This document shows, piece by piece, positions 52,309 to 56,932 of a DNA stretch of 56,932 bases. Position numbers and translations under genes: made by a program. How positions within the stretch are numbered: the first letter of the stretch is position 1; each line of letters opens with the position of its first letter. The notes under the pieces are model-generated. The model was not told the DNA's origin, searched no databases, and worked only from the letters and a program-made list of their open reading frames with translations. The stretch is from an uncultured Anaerolineae bacterium (GTDB lineage Bacteria > Chloroflexota > Anaerolineae > CAYNKW01): NCBI GenBank assembly GCA_964397845.1, contig CAYNKW010000001.1, forward strand, positions 1 through 56,932, given 5' to 3'.

Positions 52309-55300
52309 ATGAGCAAGATTGGATACAACACAGCATTCTCTAGACCAGTCAGACTCTCCGTACTGGGGGCTTTGTTAGGTATCATTGCTTTTGCCACAAT
52401 GATGACCATTCTGTGGAAAGCCGCCCTGGCTGCGCCACCCATTGAAGAAAACCCTATCTCCGTAGAAGGTCCCACGGCAATACTGCCGACCTCCCCAGGC
52501 TTTATACGGGCCGTCGTCGCTGCCGATTTAGACACGGATGGTCATTCTGACATCGTCTATGGGCAAGCGAATTTATTGAGGATCCAACAGAACGTCGGCA
52601 TTACTACGACGGAATGGGCGCAAACCGTGACCGTCGGCAGTGCAACCTACGACATCCGTGATGTGCAAACCGTTGACCTGGATCGCGACGGCGTGATGGA
52701 TCTGATCAGCGCCAGCGCCGACGACGCCGGCAACAGTCAATTCCGCTTGTGGCAGAACCCCACGTCACCCTTCGCCAGTTCGTGGTCCGTCAGCAACACG
52801 CTAGTAGTAACCTCTGCCATCTCTTTGACCACCGTCGCCTCCGCTGATCTGGACGGCAATGGTACACCAGATGTGGTTAGCGGAGGGCTTGATGGCGTCT
52901 TGCGCCTCTGGTCCAACCCGCTCACCGGCACGCAAGGGTTTGTCACCTCTTGGCCGTTGCCTGCCATCATCCCGACACCGGGCGACCAAGTCAGGCAGGT
53001 CTTGATTACTGATATTGACCGTGATGGTCTACCGGACATTATCGAAGCCGCCGGCGATGGTAGTTCGGGCGCTGTGCGCCTGTGGCAAAACCCCGGCGAT
53101 CCCTTTAGCACCGTCTGGACGGTTAGCAACACGCTGGGCACTTTTACCGTTGCCGCTCAATCTCTCAGCGTGGGCGACCTGGACAACAACGGCACGCCGG
53201 ATGTGGTCGTTGGCCTATCCGACGGCCAGGTTGTCGCCTGGAGTAATCCCATTGTCGGCTCTCAGGCTTTCACGACTGCTTGGGGATCATCTTCGGTGGG
53301 CAGCCTGAGTCTGTCCGTTGCCGGGCTGGTACTGACGGACGGCGATCACGACGGGCAACTGGACATCGTGGCTACAGGATCGGGCACGCCCTCCACCCTG
53401 GTCGGGTGGCGCAACACCGGTCAGCCTTTCGGCGGCGGGTGGTCGCAGGTGATCATTGGTACTCCCTCGGATGTGACCTCTGCGCTCACTGCTGCCGATT
53501 TCAACCACGATGGCGACGAGGACTTTGTCACCGCCAGTGGCAACACCGGAACCAATACCGGCGGTCTGCAATTCTGGACGAACGTCCTAATCCGGTCTTC
53601 GATGCGTTTTCAGACCCCCGGTGTCTCGGAATACACAGCCATCCCCTTGGAGGGCGTGGGCCTGCACGCTATGGATGTCCATGACATGGACCGGGATGGG
53701 CTTCCAGACATCGTCGTGGCCACCCTGGATGGCTCACTGATACTCTTGCGGAACGACGGCCTGCCTTTTTCCTTGGGCACCTGGCAAGCCATTGCGGTTG
53801 GCAATTCCTTGGGTTTCTTTGCGGTTGTCGCCGGTGACTTGGACGGTGATGGTTGGCCCGACATCGCTACCAGCACTACGCTGACCGATGGGGGCGGTCT
53901 GTTACATATCTGGCGCAACGATGGCACCCCTTTCACCGGCTCGTGGATCTCCCAAACTGCTGAGACATTCCCTCGCCAGGTGATGGATCTAGCACTGGGC
54001 GACATTGCGAGAGAAGGACACCTCCAGATTGTCGCCTCGACCGGCATTACCACCTCGTTCGAATATCCCTCCGAGCACGACGTGATCACCAGCGCTGATA
54101 ACCGCATCTGGTTACTCCGCCCTCCGGCGGGAGACGTTTTTGCTTCCCCCTGGATATCGTCTACGGTGTGTACGACCACTTACTCGGCCAACAGCATCTC
54201 TGTGGGCGATCTGGACAGCGACGGATGGGCAGACGTCGTTTTTGGCACAGACCACGCGCCTCACGCCGGTCCCGACCCTGAGGACTGGCCCAATGCCTAT
54301 CAAGTGCGCGCGTGCCAAAACTTGGGCGCTCCCTACTCGTCTGCTGGCTGGCAGGCCTACGACGTCGGACGTGATGACGCGCCTGTTTCCGTTGGGTTCG
54401 GCCACGAATTCTGGGGAGCGCACGTTTGGGTTGTTGCGGTTGGCGATTTGAACAACGACGGCTACCTCGACGTGGTCTCCGGTGGTGGCCCGGAGGGGGA
54501 TTACCAAATTGTGGTATACAAGAACGATGGCACACCTTTCGATGGCAACACCTGGCAACCTACAGCCATCGGTTATGGCTCTCGCTTTGAGAGCGGTTCG
54601 GATTGCGTTACTATTATTGGCGGTACTTATCCTGAAGACTGCCCCTGGCTTGAAACCAGCATCACTGCTGTCGACGTGGGTGATTTGAACGGCGATGGGT
54701 GGCTGGATGTGGTCAGTGGTTTTGGAGCCGGCTTAATGATTATGCCCCTCTGGATCAACACCGGCGCTCCCTTTGGGGAAGTGGTGACAGATACCCACTG
54801 GATCCGCTATGACCTCGACACAATCGCTTCGCGCCCGGTATACGGCGTCGAGGCGACTGACCTCGACAACGATGGTCGCCTGGACGTTGCAGCGGTGACG
54901 AGTTGGCTTACTCAGCATTCGCCTGCCTCTGGGCCGTTGCGCGTGTGGCGCAATCTGGGCGGCATCGCCCGGCATGACTTCCAGACGGATTACACTGTCA
55001 CCACTATTGAAAACGGAGCCACCGAGTCCCGGTTGAGCTTTGCCATCAAGCACAACGGCCGGCTCTACGACCACGATCTTGAAATCGACTTCTTGAAGAT
55101 CCACTTGCTCGATCAGTATGTTGGAATACCTATGACAAACGATCAGGCTCATATTTTGTTCCAAAGCTTGCAGATTTACCGTGACGTCAATGGCGATAAC
55201 GTTTGGCAGCCCTCGGACTCGCCAGTGATAACTCTGACGACCTTTTCCCTGGATAGTACCGGGTATCAAACGCTTACATTTCCCTCGGACGATCCGCTGG

Positions 55301-56932
55301 CTGCCATCTCGCCCGGACAAACGGTGACTTATTTTGTCGTACTAGAGATGCAACCTACAGCCAGCCAGCCAGCCAATCCGTCGAAGGATAATAGCTTTCG
55401 GATGGATTACGTTCCGCATGAAGCGACCCTGATCAGAGACCGGGTCACCCAGGCGTCGGTTTCACTTGAAGAAGGCGCATGGACATACACGCCATGGATA
55501 CATCCAGTGCCCGCGCCAGCGGCTTCCGTCGTGATGACCGCCTCACCGTCCATGATATGGGCCAGCGGCACCAGCACCTCGACCATCACGGCCACCGTGA
55601 CGACGGCGTACGGCTACCCGGTGCTGGACGGCACGACGATCACATTTACGACCAGCACTGGTTTCCTGCCTGCCTCGCCATACACTACGACGACAACGGA
55701 TGGCGTCGCCACCGCCGTGTTGACCAGCAGCACTGAACTCACCACGACGACCGTCACCGGCACGGTTTCGATCACGGCCACGGGCACCACCACAGTAGAG
55801 TTCAGAGCCGGCCCGCGCGCCAGTTTGCGCATCAACGACGCGCCCGGCATCGGTGGCAACGAGGTCGTCACGCACACTATGCCCTCTACTGACACTTTCA
55901 CCGTGTACGTCGCCGTCTACGATGCGCTAGACCGCTTTATGGATAATCCCGCCGACGTCACCTGGGGGGGCAGCGGCGTCGTCACTGGTTACTTGAGCCC
56001 GACGACGGGGGTTAGCTCGACCACCTTTACGCCAGGCTTGGTCGGCAGCGGCACCATCACGGTGACGGATGGCACTTACTCCGACGCCACCGATACCATC
56101 ACCGTCGCCAACACCGCGCCAGAGTTCATCAGCACGCCGGTCACTGCCGCCACCGAAGACGTGACCTATACCTACAACATCACCGCCACCGACGTGGACG
56201 CGGGCGATGTGCTGACTATCACCGCGCCGACCTTGCCCCCCTGGCTCACCCTGACCGACAACGGCGATGGCAGCGCCACCCTCGACGGCACGCCGGCCAA
56301 CACCGAGGTGGGTGACCACAGCGTCGAGTTGCAGGTCGAAGACAGCGCTATGGCCACCGACAGCCAGGTCTTCACCATCACCGTCGCCAACACCAACGAC
56401 GCGCCGGAATTCACCAGCACGCCGGTCACCGCCGCCACTGAGGAGCTGGCCTACACTTACCACATCACCGCTACCGACATGGACGCAGGCGACTTGCTGA
56501 CCATCACTGCGCCGACCTTGCCCACCTGGCTCACCCTGACCGACAGCGGCGATGGCAGCGCCACCCTCAATGGCACGCCAACCAACGATGACGTGGGTGA
56601 CCACAGCGTCGAGTTGCAGGTCGAAGACAGCGCTATGGCCACCGACAGCCAGGTCTTCACCATCACCGTCGCCAACACCAACGACGCGCCGGAATTCACC
56701 AGCACGCCGGTCACCGCCGCCACTGAGGAGCTGGCCTACACTTACCACATCACCGCTACCGACATGGACGCAGGCGACTTGCTGACCATCACTGCGCCGA
56801 CCTTGCCCACCTGGCTCACCCTGACCGACAGCGGCGATGGCAGCGCCACCCTCAATGGCACGCCAACCAACGATGACGTGGGTGACCACAGCGTCGAGTT
56901 GCAGGTCGAAGACAGCGCTATGGCCACCGACA
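52309..56932 (+). CDS. Giant secreted FG-GAP/VCBS-repeat, Big_1-like Ig, cadherin-like repeat adhesin (3' end outside the window)
   Basis: This ORF is not in the supplied track because it has no stop inside the window. I translated several stretches by hand and all were open in frame with ATG 52309 (GGAGGG 8 nt upstream). Signal anchor MSKIGYNTAFSRPVRLSVLGALLGIIAF. Many DLDxDGxxDIV...LWxN FG-GAP units. ITATVTTAYGYPVLDGTTITFTTSTG Ig-like domain. Then TITVANTNDAPEFTSTPVTAATE...DHSVELQVED cadherin-like units. Confidence 0.85.
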   Translation, partial: MSKIGYNTAFSRPVRLSVLGALLGIIAFATMMTILWKAALAAPPIEENPISVEGPTAILPTSPGFIRAVVAADLDTDGHSDIVYGQANLLRIQQNVGITTTEWAQTVTVGSATYDIRDVQTVDLDRDGVMDLISASADDAGNSQFRLWQNPTSPFASSWSVSNTLVVTSAISLTTVASADLDGNGTPDVVSGGLDGVLRLWSNPLTGTQGFVTSWPLPAIIPTPGDQVRQVLITDIDRDGLPDIIEAAGDGSSGAVRLWQNPGDPFSTVWTVSNTLGTFTVAAQSLSVGDLDNNGTPDVVVGLSDGQVVAWSNPIVGSQAFTTAWGSSSVGSLSLSVAGLVLTDGDHDGQLDIVATGSGTPSTLVGWRNTGQPFGGGWSQVIIGTPSDVTSALTAADFNHDGDEDFVTASGNTGTNTGGLQFWTNVLIRSSMRFQTPGVSEYTAIPLEGVGLHAMDVHDMDRDGLPDIVVATLDGSLILLRNDGLPFSLGTWQAIAVGNSLGFFAVVAGDLDGDGWPDIATSTTLTDGGGLLHIWRNDGTPFTGSWISQTAETFPRQVMDLALGDIAREGHLQIVASTGITTSFEYPSEHDVITSADNRIWLLRPPAGDVFASPWISSTVCTTTYSANSISVGDLDSDGWADVVFGTDHAPHAGPDPEDWPNAYQVRACQNLGAPYSSAGWQAYDVGRDDAPVSVGFGHEFWGAHVWVVAVGDLNNDGYLDVVSGGGPEGDYQIVVYKNDGTPFDGNTWQPTAIGYGSRFESGSDCVTIIGGTYPEDCPWLETSITAVDVGDLNGDGWLDVVSGFGAGLMIMPLWINTGAPFGEVVTDTHWIRYDLDTIASRPVYGVEATDLDNDGRLDVAAVTSWLTQHSPASGPLRVWRNLGGIARHDFQTDYTVTTIENGATESRLSFAIKHNGRLYDHDLEIDFLKIHLLDQYVGIPMTNDQAHILFQSLQIYRDVNGDNVWQPSDSPVITLTTFSLDSTGYQTLTFPSDDPLAAISPGQTVTYFVVLEMQPTASQPANPSKDNSFRMDYVPHEATLIRDRVTQASVSLEEGAWTYTPWIHPVPAPAASVVMTASPSMIWASGTSTSTITATVTTAYGYPVLDGTTITFTTSTGFLPASPYTTTTTDGVATAVLTSSTELTTTTVTGTVSITATGTTTVEFRAGPRASLRINDAPGIGGNEVVTHTMPSTDTFTVYVAVYDALDRFMDNPADVTWGGSGVVTGYLSPTTGVSSTTFTPGLVGSGTITVTDGTYSDATDTITVANTAPEFISTPVTAATEDVTYTYNITATDVDAGDVLTITAPTLPPWLTLTDNGDGSATLDGTPANTEVGDHSVELQVEDSAMATDSQVFTITVANTNDAPEFTSTPVTAATEELAYTYHITATDMDAGDLLTITAPTLPTWLTLTDSGDGSATLNGTPTNDDVGDHSVELQVEDSAMATDSQVFTITVANTNDAPEFTSTPVTAATEELAYTYHITATDMDAGDLLTITAPTLPTWLTLTDSGDGSATLNGTPTNDDVGDHSVELQVEDSAMATD
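56116..56932 (+). repeat. Tandem 285-bp (95-codon) coding repeats, at least 3 copies, array truncated by the window end
   Basis: Copy 1 is 56116-56400 (diverged in its 5' two-thirds, identical in its last about 90 nt). Copy 2 is 56401-56685. Copy 3 is 56686-56932. I find no mismatch between copies 2 and 3 over the 247 nt visible. Confidence 0.9.

Noticed and set aside
55927-56889. 320-aa - strand ORF with internal repeats, plus other short ORFs in 56172-56927
   Set aside because: These are the antisense or off-frame reflection of the 285-bp tandem repeats of the adhesin gene. The + frame, in register with ATG 52309, gives cadherin-like units.
56116-56932. Regular repeats that might be taken for a CRISPR array
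   Set aside because: The units are 285 bp, contiguous with no spacers, in-frame and protein-coding. No cas genes are present.
1-56932. Mobile elements, prophage, defence islands
   Set aside because: No transposase, integrase, recombinase, terminal inverted repeats flanking a cargo, or phage or defence signature motifs were recognised in any frame. The only traces of horizontal transfer are the two AT-rich genes and the SGNH remnant.

Overview
This 56.9-kb window is high-GC and almost entirely coded on the + strand. Gene content and style suggest a Chloroflexota-like bacterium, but that is a guess, not a measurement. All product calls come from motifs read in the supplied translations; no database search was possible.

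Layout:
- (a) 1-1047 has no credible ORF. It is AT-richer and hairpin-rich.
- (b) 1048-8586 is a housekeeping block: small membrane protein, GAF-adenylate cyclase, selA, tsaD, fabF, rnc, a bidirectional terminator, and a convergent URO-D-family gene.
- (c) 8853-39303 is a roughly 30-kb unidirectional, tightly packed glycan-assembly locus with many ATGA/TGATG stop-start overlaps. It holds two polyprenyl-phosphate-sugar synthase-like GT2s, three other GT2s... specifically GT2 and GT4 transferases, a Wzx flippase, two Wzy/O-antigen-ligase-like proteins, and a Wzz-BY-kinase fused to an HTH. It also encodes four GT-C-like membrane proteins, a GHMP sugar kinase, and many tailoring enzymes: sulfotransferase, an SxtK/SxtJ/SxtI-like carbamoylation triad, an SGNH esterase plus a remnant, a B12-radical SAM, a radical SAM/SPASM, and a methyltransferase.
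- (d) 39380-52127 encodes exported surface proteins followed by a CPBP intramembrane protease and an acyltransferase-3.
- (e) 52309 to the window end is a giant FG-GAP/Ig/cadherin-like adhesin that runs off the edge.

Most interesting observations:
- Three exported proteins end in the same DUF11-like module plus an identical-style extreme C-terminal tail (Y/I-F/L-P-x-V-L/M-K-G/Q-aromatic/K-stop). They sit directly upstream of the CPBP protease, which makes this a candidate undescribed C-terminal sorting or processing system.
- One promoter architecture occurs twice: four TTCTAAC-like heptamers phased at 11 bp, then 10 nt, then an extended -10. One copy precedes the glycan locus and the other precedes the adhesin.
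- The BY-kinase carries a C-terminal excisionase-type HTH.

I saw no rRNA, tRNA, CRISPR array, transposase or integrase.
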